From: a virus
Lineage: Duplodnaviria; Caudoviricetes
DNA: 64,000 nucleotides
Direction: 5' to 3' (one strand)
Virus record (IMG/VR): IMGVR_UViG_3300028048_000057
Span: 1-64,000 of that record
Shown here: positions 18,490-28,762 of the stretch, piece after piece
Numbering within the stretch: position 1 is the stretch's first letter
Layout of the letters: each line of letters starts with the position of its first letter
Notes under the pieces: model-generated
What the model was told of the DNA's origin: nothing
The model's input: the letters and a program-made list of their open reading frames with translations, nothing else
Databases searched by the model: none
Program-made: the position numbers and the translations under genes

Positions 18490-20481
18490 ATGAACAATAT
18501 AGAATTATTAAATACTTTAAGTGAAGAAGAAAGACAAATTGCTCTTTCTATTTTAAATGACTTATCAAATAAAGGTACTAGTGATACTCTTCAAGAATTA
18601 TTATATAGAGATTATAAAGAGATACCAGTAGATATTGAAACATTCCTTACTAATGATAACTATCTTGGTTTGGCTTGGAAAGATGCTAAAGGTAAATCCA
18701 AGGTTTATCCTTTTTGGATGAACACTCTTAAGAAGATATTTCCTAACAATCTAGATACAGATTATGATACACTATTAGAAAGTGGTGCTAGAGGTCTTGG
18801 TAAATCAGAAGTTGCTTGTGGTGCTATATGCTCATACTTAATGTATAGAGTTATGTGTCTTAAGAATCCACTTGAGTATTATCATCTAAAACTTACAGAA
18901 AAAATTGCTTTTGCTTTTATGAATATTAAGTTAGATTTAGCAGAGGCTATTGCTACAGATAAATTCCAAAAGACTATTCAAATGTCTCCATGGTTTATGC
19001 CTAAGGGAACATTGACTAGAAGAAATAATAAAGACTTTTGGCTACCACCTGACCCTATTGAACTTATTATAGGTTCTCAAAGTGATGATTTAATTGGTAG
19101 ACCTATCTTTTTTGCTTTCTTTGATGAAATTTCATTCCTTAAGAATCAAGATATTCAAAAACAAAAAGAAAAAGCAATGGATATGATAGATACTGCTATT
19201 GGTGGTATGAAGACAAGATTTATTCATAATGGTAAGAATCCAACATTACTTGTTGTTGCATCATCTAAGAGAAGTGAACAATCCTTTATGGAATCTTATA
19301 TTAGATTATTAAGTGAAACTAGTTCTAATAATACTTATGTTGTAGATAAACCAGTATGGGAAGTTAAACCTAAAGGAACATATAGTAGTGAAATATTCTA
19401 TATTGGCCTTGGAGATAAGTATAAAGAAACAAAGGTTATTCCTGATGGTGCAGACCTTAAGACATATAAAGAACAAGGATATGAGATTATAGAAGTTCCT
19501 ATTGACTTTAAAGAGAATGCTCTTAAAGATTTAAATAGAATGTTATGTGACTTTGCTGGTATATCTAGTTTCTCTTCTAACAAATTTATTAGTGCAGCAA
19601 GACTAGTGAGTGTTGTTAGTGATAAGTTTGAAAATCCTATGCCTGATATTATTGAAGTTGGGGATGCTATAGAAGACAAAGTGGAATATAAAGATTTCTT
19701 CAATATGGAAAAGATTCCAAAAGAATTAAAGAATAGACCACTCTTCATCCATCTAGATATGTCCTTAACTGGAGATAAGACAGGTATTGCAGGTGTGTGG
19801 ATTATTGGTAAGAAACCAACAAGTGATGGAAATCCAGGGAAAGACTTGTGGTTCCAACCAGCATTCTCATTCTCAGTTAAAGCACCTCATGGAAGACAAA
19901 TTAGTTTTGCTAAGAATAGAAACTTTATAAGATGGTTGAAAGAACAAAACTTTAAGATTAAACATATTACAAGTGATACTTATCAAAGTGCTAACTTGCA
20001 TCAAGATTTAAAAAGTGATGGCTTTGAATGTTCTATCTTATCAGTAGATAGAGTTGAACAAATTCCAGGTGAACATGTTGGTATATGTAAACCTTATGAA
20101 TACTTAAAGAACACTATTTATGAAGAAAGAATAAGACTATATAAAACAGAACTTCTCTATAATGAATTAGTTCAATTAGAAAAAGATAATAATATAGGTA
20201 AGGTGGACCACCCACCTAAAGGAAGCAAAGACCAGGCTGATGCTCTTTGTGGAGCAGTGTATACAGCAAGTGGATATGCAGAAGAGTATGCTTATGACTA
20301 TGGTGAAAACTTAGACTTACTTGTAGATATTAATAAAGATGAAATATATGAGGCTCAACAAGAAAAGAAACAATTAGTTGTAAATTATGAAGATGAACTA
20401 AGACAAGCATTGTTGATGGCCAATGGCATAAATACAAATAAAGAAAAAGATGATGACAAAGATGACTTCTTTGTAATGTAA
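18490..20481 (+). CDS. terL: Terminase large subunit
   Basis: Walker A GARGLGKS, Walker B FAFFDE, coupling motif VASS, nuclease IHLD and DHP..GSKDQADA; upstream of portal. Confidence 0.9.
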   Translation: MNNIELLNTLSEEERQIALSILNDLSNKGTSDTLQELLYRDYKEIPVDIETFLTNDNYLGLAWKDAKGKSKVYPFWMNTLKKIFPNNLDTDYDTLLESGARGLGKSEVACGAICSYLMYRVMCLKNPLEYYHLKLTEKIAFAFMNIKLDLAEAIATDKFQKTIQMSPWFMPKGTLTRRNNKDFWLPPDPIELIIGSQSDDLIGRPIFFAFFDEISFLKNQDIQKQKEKAMDMIDTAIGGMKTRFIHNGKNPTLLVVASSKRSEQSFMESYIRLLSETSSNNTYVVDKPVWEVKPKGTYSSEIFYIGLGDKYKETKVIPDGADLKTYKEQGYEIIEVPIDFKENALKDLNRMLCDFAGISSFSSNKFISAARLVSVVSDKFENPMPDIIEVGDAIEDKVEYKDFFNMEKIPKELKNRPLFIHLDMSLTGDKTGIAGVWIIGKKPTSDGNPGKDLWFQPAFSFSVKAPHGRQISFAKNRNFIRWLKEQNFKIKHITSDTYQSANLHQDLKSDGFECSILSVDRVEQIPGEHVGICKPYEYLKNTIYEERIRLYKTELLYNELVQLEKDNNIGKVDHPPKGSKDQADALCGAVYTASGYAEEYAYDYGENLDLLVDINKDEIYEAQQEKKQLVVNYEDELRQALLMANGINTNKEKDDDKDDFFVM

Positions 20482-20483
20482 CT

Positions 20484-20500
20484 TGCTAAATTTATTGACA
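20484..20500 (+). promoter_or_regulatory. Putative late promoter TGCTAAATTTATTGACA
   Basis: Extended recurrent motif upstream of portal. Confidence 0.7.
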
Positions 20501-20521
20501 AAAATGGAAGGAGAATAACTC

Positions 20522-22456
20522 ATGCCAGAAATTAAAAACAATCAAGATTTATTAGGTAAAAAGATAGTACCAGTTCCAGTGGAAGAACCAGAAATTGGTG
20601 TTGATTTAGAAGATGAACTTATCAATAGATTAATTGATGACCAAGATGAAAATCAATATAGTCATAGTGCAGATTTAAGTGAACTTGAACAATTTATAGG
20701 AGTTGCTCAAACTAGAGAACAAATGTATGCACTTATTGACTTAATGGCTACAGATGAAAGAATTAGAGCAATCTTAGATACATATACAGAAGACACTATA
20801 GAAACTAATGAAAATGGTTTAGTTGTTTGGTGTGAATCTAGTGATGATGATGTTTTAAAATTCATTAATTATTTATTAGCATCATTAAAAGTAGATGAGA
20901 ATAGTGAAGAATGGGTAAGGTCATTAATTAAATATGGTGATTTATATTTAAGATTATATAGACAAAGTGACTATGAAGAAGAAGATATTTTTGATAATTC
21001 AAAAGAAGAAAGAGAAGATTATGAAAGAACTCTTAATGAAGCATATAATCCAGATATAGATGAAGAGAAAGAAAAGTTAGATGAAGATGTTAAAGTAAAT
21101 GTACATTCTCCTAATGACCATTTTGTTCACTATGCTGAAAAAGTAGATAATCCAGCAGAGATGTTTGACCTTACTAAATTAGGAACTACAAGAGGTTACA
21201 TTAAAGCCCCAGTAGCAGTTCAAAACAATTATGATACTTTTTCACAAATTGTAAATCCTTATGTTTCTTATAAGATGAAGAGCCATGATGTTACAGTTTA
21301 TAGTGCTACTGATTTTGTTCATGCAACCTTAAACTCAAATACATCTAGAAACCCAGAACAAGTACAAATCTTTAAAGATGATAAAGCCTATGAGAGTGGT
21401 GAAGGTGCAATATCTTATAAAGTTAATAGAGGCCAATCTCTCTTATATTCACAATTTAAAATTTGGAGAGAATTAAGTTTATTAGAAAATTCTATCATGT
21501 TAAGCAGATTAACAAGAAGTGCTATTGTTAGAGTAATAAATGTTGAAGTAGGTGATATGCCAAAAGAAAAAGCAATGTCAACTGTTTCAAGAATTAAACA
21601 AAACATTGAACAAAAGAGTGCATTCAAAGTTGGTCAAGGTATGACTGAATATACTAACCCAGGACCAATTGAAAATGCAGTATATATTCCTACCCATGAA
21701 GGTAAAGGAGCAATTACAGCAGCAAATATTGGTGGTGACTATGACCCAAAACAATTAACAGACTTAGATTACTTCCAAAATAAAATGTATGGAGCATTTA
21801 GAGTTCCAAAACAATTCTTCAATTTAACTGATGATGGTGCTGGATTTAATGGTGGAGCATCCTTAACAATTATCTCTAGTAGATATGGTAAAGCCATTAA
21901 ATCAATTCAAAAAACCTATTGTCAATTAATAACTAATTTAATTAACATCCTATTATGGGATAAAGGATTGAAGAGTTACATCAATAAATTTACTATTAAA
22001 ATGCAAACTCCTATCACTCAAGAAGAGTTAGATAGAAGAGAGAACATGAGAAATAGAATGGGAGTTAACCAAGATGTAATGAATCTTGTTAATGGTGTTG
22101 TTGATGATGATATCATTAAAGCCAAGATTGTTAAATCTTTATTAGCACAATCCATTTCCAATTCAGAAGTTATTGAGTTGCTTCAAGAACATATTGATAA
22201 TATGGAAGAAGCCAAGAATGAAGAGAAGAAACCTAAAAAAGAAAAAGAAATTGATGGTGATGAAGAAGAATCATCTTCAATGGATAGTGAATTAAGATTA
22301 GGTGGAGAGCCAAGTGAAGTTCCTATGGAAGAACCTTCTCAAGAAGAAGAAACACCAGAAGGAGAAGAAACTATGGTAGCCTCAAGTCCTAGTGAAGAAG
22401 ATTCTTACCTTCCAAACCCTAATGAACTTCAATTAGATTTAACTCAAAATCAATAA
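20522..22456 (+). CDS. Portal protein (T4 gp20-like)
   Basis: KYGDLY, L.LLE..IM..RLTR, VEVGDMP..KA, DLDYF..K.Y.A.RVP motifs; acidic C-terminal tail. Confidence 0.85.
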   Translation: MPEIKNNQDLLGKKIVPVPVEEPEIGVDLEDELINRLIDDQDENQYSHSADLSELEQFIGVAQTREQMYALIDLMATDERIRAILDTYTEDTIETNENGLVVWCESSDDDVLKFINYLLASLKVDENSEEWVRSLIKYGDLYLRLYRQSDYEEEDIFDNSKEEREDYERTLNEAYNPDIDEEKEKLDEDVKVNVHSPNDHFVHYAEKVDNPAEMFDLTKLGTTRGYIKAPVAVQNNYDTFSQIVNPYVSYKMKSHDVTVYSATDFVHATLNSNTSRNPEQVQIFKDDKAYESGEGAISYKVNRGQSLLYSQFKIWRELSLLENSIMLSRLTRSAIVRVINVEVGDMPKEKAMSTVSRIKQNIEQKSAFKVGQGMTEYTNPGPIENAVYIPTHEGKGAITAANIGGDYDPKQLTDLDYFQNKMYGAFRVPKQFFNLTDDGAGFNGGASLTIISSRYGKAIKSIQKTYCQLITNLINILLWDKGLKSYINKFTIKMQTPITQEELDRRENMRNRMGVNQDVMNLVNGVVDDDIIKAKIVKSLLAQSISNSEVIELLQEHIDNMEEAKNEEKKPKKEKEIDGDEEESSSMDSELRLGGEPSEVPMEEPSQEEETPEGEETMVASSPSEEDSYLPNPNELQLDLTQNQ

Positions 22457-22487
22457 TAAAAAATAAGATATGAAAGGTTATACTTAT

Positions 22488-22628
22488 ATGAATAAATTAT
22501 TAGATTACTATTATGGTAATGAAGAATTAGCAATTAAACATATTAAAAGAAATAAAATCAAAAGGATTATGAAGATTATTACAAGCATTGTTATTGTTAG
22601 TAGTCTTTGTATCCTTATGATTGCTTAA
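22488..22628 (+). CDS. 46-aa membrane peptide (not in ORF track)
   Basis: MNKLLDYYYG...IITSIVIVSSLCILMIA; GAAAGG RBS; C-terminal hydrophobic helix. Confidence 0.5.
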   Translation: MNKLLDYYYGNEELAIKHIKRNKIKRIMKIITSIVIVSSLCILMIA

Positions 22629-22648
22629 TGAAAGGAAAATAAATAATT

Positions 22649-23140
22649 ATGTTACAATCAAATGATTTAATACTTATACTTACAAACATGGCTTCTCAAG
22701 GTATTGAAGGAGCAAGTGAACAAATTAGATTATGTATTGGTAAACCTCTATCACAATCTATTGATGTTTTAAAGTTTATTAATGAGCATAGACAATTAGA
22801 TGTTACTAAGTTCTATGAAAGGATTAGAAAAAATCATAATGAAAAGAAATCTAATCTTTATAAGAACATTGTAAAGGAAGAATTAAGTAGTGAAGATATC
22901 ATTACTACTCTTCATGCATTTGCTCTTCAAGTAGCACTTTTTTCAAAACATGTAGAAGAATCTAATAAAACTTTATTCTTTAAACATGTAAGAGCAGAAG
23001 AAGTTGCTAGAGTGTTAGATGGTTATTATAAGGATTTTGATTTAACCAGTGCACTTAAATTATTAAGATTAATCAAAGCAGATTTACTTGTATTTGAATA
23101 TATTAATGGTAGAAGAGATTCACAAGGAAATGTTATTTAA
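22649..23140 (+). CDS. Hypothetical helical protein in head module
   Basis: AAGGA RBS; between portal and protease. Confidence 0.6.
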   Translation: MLQSNDLILILTNMASQGIEGASEQIRLCIGKPLSQSIDVLKFINEHRQLDVTKFYERIRKNHNEKKSNLYKNIVKEELSSEDIITTLHAFALQVALFSKHVEESNKTLFFKHVRAEEVARVLDGYYKDFDLTSALKLLRLIKADLLVFEYINGRRDSQGNVI

Positions 23141-23164
23141 TTATAAATAAATGTTAAAATATAG

Positions 23165-23173
23165 TGCTAAATT
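23165..23173 (+). promoter_or_regulatory. Putative late promoter TGCTAAATT
   Basis: Recurrent motif upstream of protease. Confidence 0.65.
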
Positions 23174-23222
23174 AGATGAGAATGGAATTATTCAAGTAAT
23201 TTTACATTAGAGGAGAATTTAA

Positions 23223-24782
23223 ATGTTAGAAAGTTTTAAAGGCAAACAATTCACTTATACTCCTTTATCTAAAGAAGAGATGGAGAAAAGAGGAATCCTT
23301 GGTAGATTAGTTGGTCCTATTGCTGATACTAAAGCCCCTACAAGAAATGGAAGAATGTATTCTAGAGAATTGTGGGAAAATGTTTTCAATGACCCTCTAA
23401 TGCAAGAGAAGATTAATAATAGATGTTTGTTCCAAGAACTAGGACATCCAGAAGATAGAACAGAAGTTGATATGGAGAAAATATGCTCTTGTTTAGCAGA
23501 AACTCCTAAGATTGGTGAAGATGGATTACTTTATGGAGTATTTGATATCTTACCTACAAAGAATGGTCAATTATTAAAAGTATTATGTGATTATGGTACT
23601 ACTATTGGTGTTTCTAGTAGAGGTACAGGAGATATCATTGATAATGGTGATGGAGAAGAAGTAGACCCAAGTACATATGATTGTGAAACTTGGGACTTTG
23701 TAATTGTCCCAGCAGTTGAAAAAGCAAGAGTGAACTATGTCAATGAATCTTTAGATAAAGAATCTAAAAATAATATGCTAAATTTAAAGAAGGCATTGGT
23801 TGAAGAATTAGATAAAGCCAATCCAGAAGATAAAAAAGTAATGGAAGAAACATTACAAACTCTAGGATTAAACTTAGAGGAACCAAAAGATGATTCAAAT
23901 CCTCTTAATGAGGAAGTGAATAAAGAGACAGAGAGTGAATCTCCTAAGAAGACACTTGATGAAACAAAAGAAGCCAATAATGATGGGTCAGATGCATTAA
24001 TCAAAAGTTTCCAAGAAGCACTCATGAAATCAGCAGAACTTGAACAAAAAGTTAAGACACTCCAAGAGCAATTAGCAGTCAGTGATGCAGAGGTTAGTAA
24101 ACTTAAAGGTGAGAATGATAGACATAAATCTATTATTGTAAACTTAACAAGACAAGTCAAGGAATCTAAAGAGAGTAATAAAAAAGGTGTTTCAACTTTA
24201 GAGGAAGAACTCAAAGTAAAAGAAAACAAGATTAAATCTCTTGAAGGTGAAGTAAAACAACTTAGAGAAAGTAAAATCTCAACTAAACAACTTAGAGAAT
24301 CTATTTCTACTAGACAAGGTGAAATTAAGAAACTCCAAGAATCTGTTAGTTCTAAAGATGTTACTATTAATAATTTGAATGAACAACTTTTAAAAGAGAA
24401 GCAAGACTCAAAACATAAAGTTAATGAGTTAACAGAAGAAATTTCAAAATCCAAGGCTATTGCAGAAGGATACAAGAGATTAGCCAATAGTTCAGTAAAT
24501 AAATATATTGAACTTAAAGCAGTGATGTTAGGGGTTGACCCACAAGTCATTAAAAATAATCTTAAAGAATCCTATACATTGAAAGATGTAGATATGGTTT
24601 GTGATAGACTCCAAGGACAAGAAATCAATCTAAGTAGATTACCATTCAAAGTTGACAAGAATGTTGTAGTCAAGGTAAATGAGTCCAAGCAAGTTGTTAA
24701 TCCTAAATCAAATAAAAATGAGATTTATGATGATGACTATGTAGATGAAAATCTATTAAGAATTGCAGGGGCCATTAAATAG
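23223..24782 (+). CDS. Prohead protease (T4 gp21-like) fused to coiled-coil scaffold
   Basis: NGRMY, ELGHP, TKNG, GVSSRGTG, WDFV..PA motifs; C-terminal ~340 aa coiled coil rich in LxE. Confidence 0.88.
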   Translation: MLESFKGKQFTYTPLSKEEMEKRGILGRLVGPIADTKAPTRNGRMYSRELWENVFNDPLMQEKINNRCLFQELGHPEDRTEVDMEKICSCLAETPKIGEDGLLYGVFDILPTKNGQLLKVLCDYGTTIGVSSRGTGDIIDNGDGEEVDPSTYDCETWDFVIVPAVEKARVNYVNESLDKESKNNMLNLKKALVEELDKANPEDKKVMEETLQTLGLNLEEPKDDSNPLNEEVNKETESESPKKTLDETKEANNDGSDALIKSFQEALMKSAELEQKVKTLQEQLAVSDAEVSKLKGENDRHKSIIVNLTRQVKESKESNKKGVSTLEEELKVKENKIKSLEGEVKQLRESKISTKQLRESISTRQGEIKKLQESVSSKDVTINNLNEQLLKEKQDSKHKVNELTEEISKSKAIAEGYKRLANSSVNKYIELKAVMLGVDPQVIKNNLKESYTLKDVDMVCDRLQGQEINLSRLPFKVDKNVVVKVNESKQVVNPKSNKNEIYDDDYVDENLLRIAGAIK

Positions 24783-24829
24783 TCAACAAAACATTTTGAA
24801 AATTTATTTACAGGAGATTAAAATTAATT

Positions 24830-26242
24830 ATGATTACAAGAAATGTAGACTTAAAAGAAACTTTTAAGAAAAGATTAGTTGTCTCTGAAGCAGCATATAA
24901 AGCAGCAAACAATGGTGCAGAATTATCTGTTAATAAAAAGAATATTATTGCTAGATGTTTAGCAAATACTTCTACCTTCTTAACAGAACAATATGCTCCT
25001 ACTTCAGGTACACAAATGAGCAATGTTGGTCCATACAAGAAATTTGCTCTTGATATCACCACAGTTGCTATGCCAAACTTAATTGCACATGATTTAGTGT
25101 TAGTTAAACCTTTACCATCCTTCACAGGTGTTGTATTCTACTACAAATTTGTTGCAGGTGTTAAAAAAGGTGGAGTTGAATTAGAACAAACTTTCAATGA
25201 CCCATGGGCATTAGGCAAAATGGATGAAGCAAGAATTAACTATACTTCACCAGTTGTTATTGATTCCTTTGCTGGTGATGGTACAGCAGTTACCTTCTCA
25301 CTCACATGGAAACATAACTTAATTAAAACAGAAGGTTACAAACCAGTTGTTACAGTTGATGGTGCAGAAGTTGCAGTGGCTTCCTTTGATGCAGTTGCAG
25401 GTACAGTTACCTTAGCAAGTGCTCCAGCAGAAGGTGCAGTAATTAAAGTTGCATATCAATATGACATGGTTACAGTTCCTCAAGAAGAAATCCCAACCAT
25501 CAAGGTTGTTAGTGATTCAATCTCATTAACTGCAAAACCAAGAAGAGTTAAAATCTTCTTCTCACAATTTGCATCCTTCATGGCAAAACAAGAAGCAGGA
25601 TTCAACCTTGAAGAAGCCCTCAAATCACAAGCAGTTTCAGAATTAGAATTTGAAATTGATAGTGAAATTGTAAGTTTATTAGCAAGAAATGCTGGTAAAT
25701 ATGCAGCAAGAACAGGTGAAGCAACAGTTACCTTCAATAAGAGAGTTCCAGTTGGTATTTCCAAATCAGAACACTATGAAGCATTTGCAGAAACCTTACT
25801 TGCTTTAAGTAAGGTTATTAGAGACAGAACTAAGAGATATGGTATCAACTACATTGTTGGTGCTACAGACTTACCATTAGTTGTTGGCTTAATGAAGAAC
25901 TGGAAAGACAGTGGTCAATCACAAAAACCAGGTCCTTACTTTGCAGGTTCAATCAATGGTATCAAAGTTTATGTCCATCCAGAAATGGAACAAGGTCACT
26001 TCTTTGGTGGATACCATGGTGATGACTTAATGACTTCTTCAGCAGTCTATGGTCCATATATGCCAATTGTTCCAACAGCCTTATTACAAGGTCCAGATGG
26101 TGCTTCAACTCAAGGATTCTCAACCTTATATGCATTAGAAATGTTAAATGACATCCTCTTATGTGAAGGTAGAATTGTTGATGAAGCCAATGCTAGTGCT
26201 AACCAAGTGGTTGCAGTTGCAAGCCACGAAGGTAGCAACTAA
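24830..26242 (+). CDS. Major capsid protein (T4 gp23-like)
   Basis: PNLIA.DLV.VKPL...G.VFY, EID.EI, AVYGPYMP motifs; follows protease; strong terminator after. Confidence 0.88.
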   Translation: MITRNVDLKETFKKRLVVSEAAYKAANNGAELSVNKKNIIARCLANTSTFLTEQYAPTSGTQMSNVGPYKKFALDITTVAMPNLIAHDLVLVKPLPSFTGVVFYYKFVAGVKKGGVELEQTFNDPWALGKMDEARINYTSPVVIDSFAGDGTAVTFSLTWKHNLIKTEGYKPVVTVDGAEVAVASFDAVAGTVTLASAPAEGAVIKVAYQYDMVTVPQEEIPTIKVVSDSISLTAKPRRVKIFFSQFASFMAKQEAGFNLEEALKSQAVSELEFEIDSEIVSLLARNAGKYAARTGEATVTFNKRVPVGISKSEHYEAFAETLLALSKVIRDRTKRYGINYIVGATDLPLVVGLMKNWKDSGQSQKPGPYFAGSINGIKVYVHPEMEQGHFFGGYHGDDLMTSSAVYGPYMPIVPTALLQGPDGASTQGFSTLYALEMLNDILLCEGRIVDEANASANQVVAVASHEGSN

Positions 26243-26270
26243 TTAGCCCATCTAATTAATAAGAACCTTT

Positions 26271-26297
26271 AGGGAGTTAGAAATAACTCCCTTTTTT
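26271..26297 (+). terminator. Intrinsic terminator
   Basis: AGGGAGTTA-GAAA-TAACTCCCT then T-run. Confidence 0.9.
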
Positions 26298-26299
26298 AT

Positions 26300-26316
26300 T
26301 GCTAAATTTATTGATA
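26300..26316 (+). promoter_or_regulatory. Putative late promoter TGCTAAATTTATTGATA
   Basis: Extended motif upstream of the glycosylation cassette. Confidence 0.75.
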
Positions 26317-26335
26317 AAATTGAAAGGACCTTGTT

Positions 26336-27268
26336 ATGTTTGATATAGATTATGTGTTTCCTTTTGTTGATGGGAATGAAAAAGTTTGGAAACAAACTTA
26401 CATAAATTATTGTAATAAAAATAAACTATATGATAAACTTGAGAACATAGAAGGCTCTAGGTTTAAAGATTTTGGTTTACTTCCTACTTTAATCCAATGT
26501 ATTAAAACAAATATGCCTTGGATAAGAAAAATACACATCATTGTATCTAACATAGAACAATTACCAAGTATTATAAGAGAAGATACTAAAGTTAATATAG
26601 TATTACATAAAGATATAATTCCTCAAGAGTTCTTACCTACATTTAATAGCACAACTATTGAGATGTTTATACATAATATAGAAGGTCTTAGTGAACACTT
26701 TATATATGGTAATGATGATATGTACCCTATTAGTAAGTTACAACCAAATGATTTCTTTAGTGAAGATGGTAGTAAGATTAAAGTAATGTTTAAAAAAGAA
26801 GAACTTAATAAATTTTTAATTTTGGCCAATCAATTTAGAAAAGTATGTTGGAATAATACTAATACCATTATAAAAGAATTTAATATAAATATACAATTAA
26901 AGGAAAGAGAATATTTTAGACCTTATCATAGTATTTCTCCAATGATTAAATCACAATGTAAAATAGTATTTGATAAATGTAAAAATAAAATTTATGATAA
27001 AATAAGAGCCTTTAGAACAAGTAAACAACACAATCAATATATTTATTTAGTGTATTTGTATTTAAATAATCTTGTAGAAGATTCCCCTATATCCTTTAAG
27101 TATGTGAGTTGTAAGAATACTCCTCAAGAAATTATAAAATGTATTAATGATAGAAGTATTCAAATTCTATGTGTTAATGATACTCCAAATGAACATAGAA
27201 GAGATATACTAAATAATAAACAACATATTGTAGAAGCATTTAATAAGAGGTTATCTAATGAATTATAA
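26336..27268 (+). CDS. Stealth-family sugar-1-phosphate transferase
   Basis: CR1 IDYVFPFVDG, CR2 MPWIRKIHI...LPTFNS..IE...HFIYGNDD, CR4 CVND. Confidence 0.85.
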   Translation: MFDIDYVFPFVDGNEKVWKQTYINYCNKNKLYDKLENIEGSRFKDFGLLPTLIQCIKTNMPWIRKIHIIVSNIEQLPSIIREDTKVNIVLHKDIIPQEFLPTFNSTTIEMFIHNIEGLSEHFIYGNDDMYPISKLQPNDFFSEDGSKIKVMFKKEELNKFLILANQFRKVCWNNTNTIIKEFNINIQLKEREYFRPYHSISPMIKSQCKIVFDKCKNKIYDKIRAFRTSKQHNQYIYLVYLYLNNLVEDSPISFKYVSCKNTPQEIIKCINDRSIQILCVNDTPNEHRRDILNNKQHIVEAFNKRLSNEL

Positions 27269-27932
27269 AATCTTAGTGATGTCTTGTGATAAGAATAAAG
27301 ACCTTTGGGAGCCATTCCATTATTGTATGGAAAAGTATTGGCCTAATCATCCAGAGATTATTTATAGTACTGATACTTTAATAAATCCTTATTATAAAAC
27401 TATAAGTAAAGAATATCCTATAAATGAATATACTAGAAGGATAAGAGAAACTCTACAAGAAATAGATAGTGATATTGTATTACTTATGATGGATGATACA
27501 TTCTTAAGAAAACAAGTAAATTATAAAGTCTTAGATACCTTAGTTAATTACATTAATGACAAACTTATTGCTATTAATTTAGAGCCTCCAAGACCATTTG
27601 AGCCTATAGACTTAAAATTTAATGACATTCTAAATATAAGGCATCCACTTGGAAGATATCACTCTTCTTTACAACCTCAACTATGGAACAAAGAAAAACT
27701 TATTGAGTTGTTTAGTGTGGATTGTGACCCATGGGAAGCAGAAAAACTAGGAGATAATTCTAGTTATACTTTTGGAAATATAGCCACTACTAATTTAGAT
27801 TTTGATTATGGTAAACTTCCTAATAAATATCCTTTTGCTATTGTTCAAGGAAAATGGACACAAGAATGTAAAGACTTTTTTGATAAAGAAAAGTTTGAAA
27901 TTGATTATTCTATAAGAGGGTTTTATAAATGA
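27258..27932 (+). CDS. GT-A fold glycosyltransferase-like protein
   Basis: ILVMSCD...W, LLMMDD, SLQPQLW, PWEAE pattern; overlaps neighbours. Confidence 0.6.
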   Translation: MNYKILVMSCDKNKDLWEPFHYCMEKYWPNHPEIIYSTDTLINPYYKTISKEYPINEYTRRIRETLQEIDSDIVLLMMDDTFLRKQVNYKVLDTLVNYINDKLIAINLEPPRPFEPIDLKFNDILNIRHPLGRYHSSLQPQLWNKEKLIELFSVDCDPWEAEKLGDNSSYTFGNIATTNLDFDYGKLPNKYPFAIVQGKWTQECKDFFDKEKFEIDYSIRGFYK

Positions 27933-28723
27933 AAGTAGTTTTGTGTGCTTTAGCAAAGAATGAAAATCTCTATGTTAATGATTGGGTAAAGTGGTATATT
28001 AATTTAGGGTTTGATATTATTTACCTATTTGATAATAATGATAAAGAAACTCCTTATGTTGGTAATTTTATAGATAAAGAGTATAAAGATAGAGTAATAA
28101 TAAAAAATATAAGTGGTTTATCTGGAAGAGGGTTTCAAAAGAAAGTATATAAAGATTTTTATGATACTTATAAGAATACTTTTGATTGGTGTTTCTTTTG
28201 TGATATAGATGAATTTTTAACAGGAGTTAATAATATAAAAGAATTTCTATCCAATCCATCTTTTAATAATGTTGAACAAATAAGAATAAAGTGGAAACTT
28301 TATGGTGATGATGATATGATAGAAAGAGATATTAGTGTTCCTGTATATAAAGCATTTAAGAAACAAATAAATAATAATAAAAAATCTAATCAAGGAAAGA
28401 CTATAATAAGAGGCCATCTTCATAAAGTATACTTTAATTCAGTACATTATGGTGCTTGTGATGAACATGAAACAATATTAAAATCATGTTTGCCTTCAAG
28501 TAAAGAATGTCATAGTAAAGTAAATATTGAAGAAGATTACTCCAATGAACAAGTATATCTAAATCACTACATGACAAAGACTCTAAGTGAATTTGTAAAA
28601 CAAAAACAAGGAAGAGGAGATGCAGTACATGGAAATGTTTTAGATTTAGATTATTTTTGGAGAATAAATACTAAGACTAAAGAAAAATTAGATTGGTTAA
28701 ACTATAATTTAAAACAATGCTAA
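27929..28723 (+). CDS. Glycosyltransferase (GT2/GT92-like)
   Basis: AKNE..Y..W..Y..LG, YLFDN, DIDEF, LNHY motifs. Confidence 0.8.
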   Translation: MKVVLCALAKNENLYVNDWVKWYINLGFDIIYLFDNNDKETPYVGNFIDKEYKDRVIIKNISGLSGRGFQKKVYKDFYDTYKNTFDWCFFCDIDEFLTGVNNIKEFLSNPSFNNVEQIRIKWKLYGDDDMIERDISVPVYKAFKKQINNNKKSNQGKTIIRGHLHKVYFNSVHYGACDEHETILKSCLPSSKECHSKVNIEEDYSNEQVYLNHYMTKTLSEFVKQKQGRGDAVHGNVLDLDYFWRINTKTKEKLDWLNYNLKQC

Positions 28724-28732
28724 ATTTATTGA
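28718..28732 (+). promoter_or_regulatory. Putative late promoter TGCTAAATTTATTGA
   Basis: Motif overlapping the stop of 27929, upstream of 28763. Confidence 0.7.
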
Positions 28733-28762
28733 AAGGTATGAATTTTAATAAGGAGAAAATAT

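Noticed and set aside
23735-24550. 271-aa minus-strand ORF and the other minus-strand ORFs in the track
   Set aside because: Antisense shadows of Glu/Lys-rich plus-strand genes (Ser/Leu/Phe-rich, no RBS or promoter support)
18490-26242. Introns, inteins or homing endonucleases in terminase/portal/capsid genes
   Set aside because: ORFs are continuous with ordinary sizes; no intein termini or HNH/LAGLIDADG/GIY-YIG motifs seen
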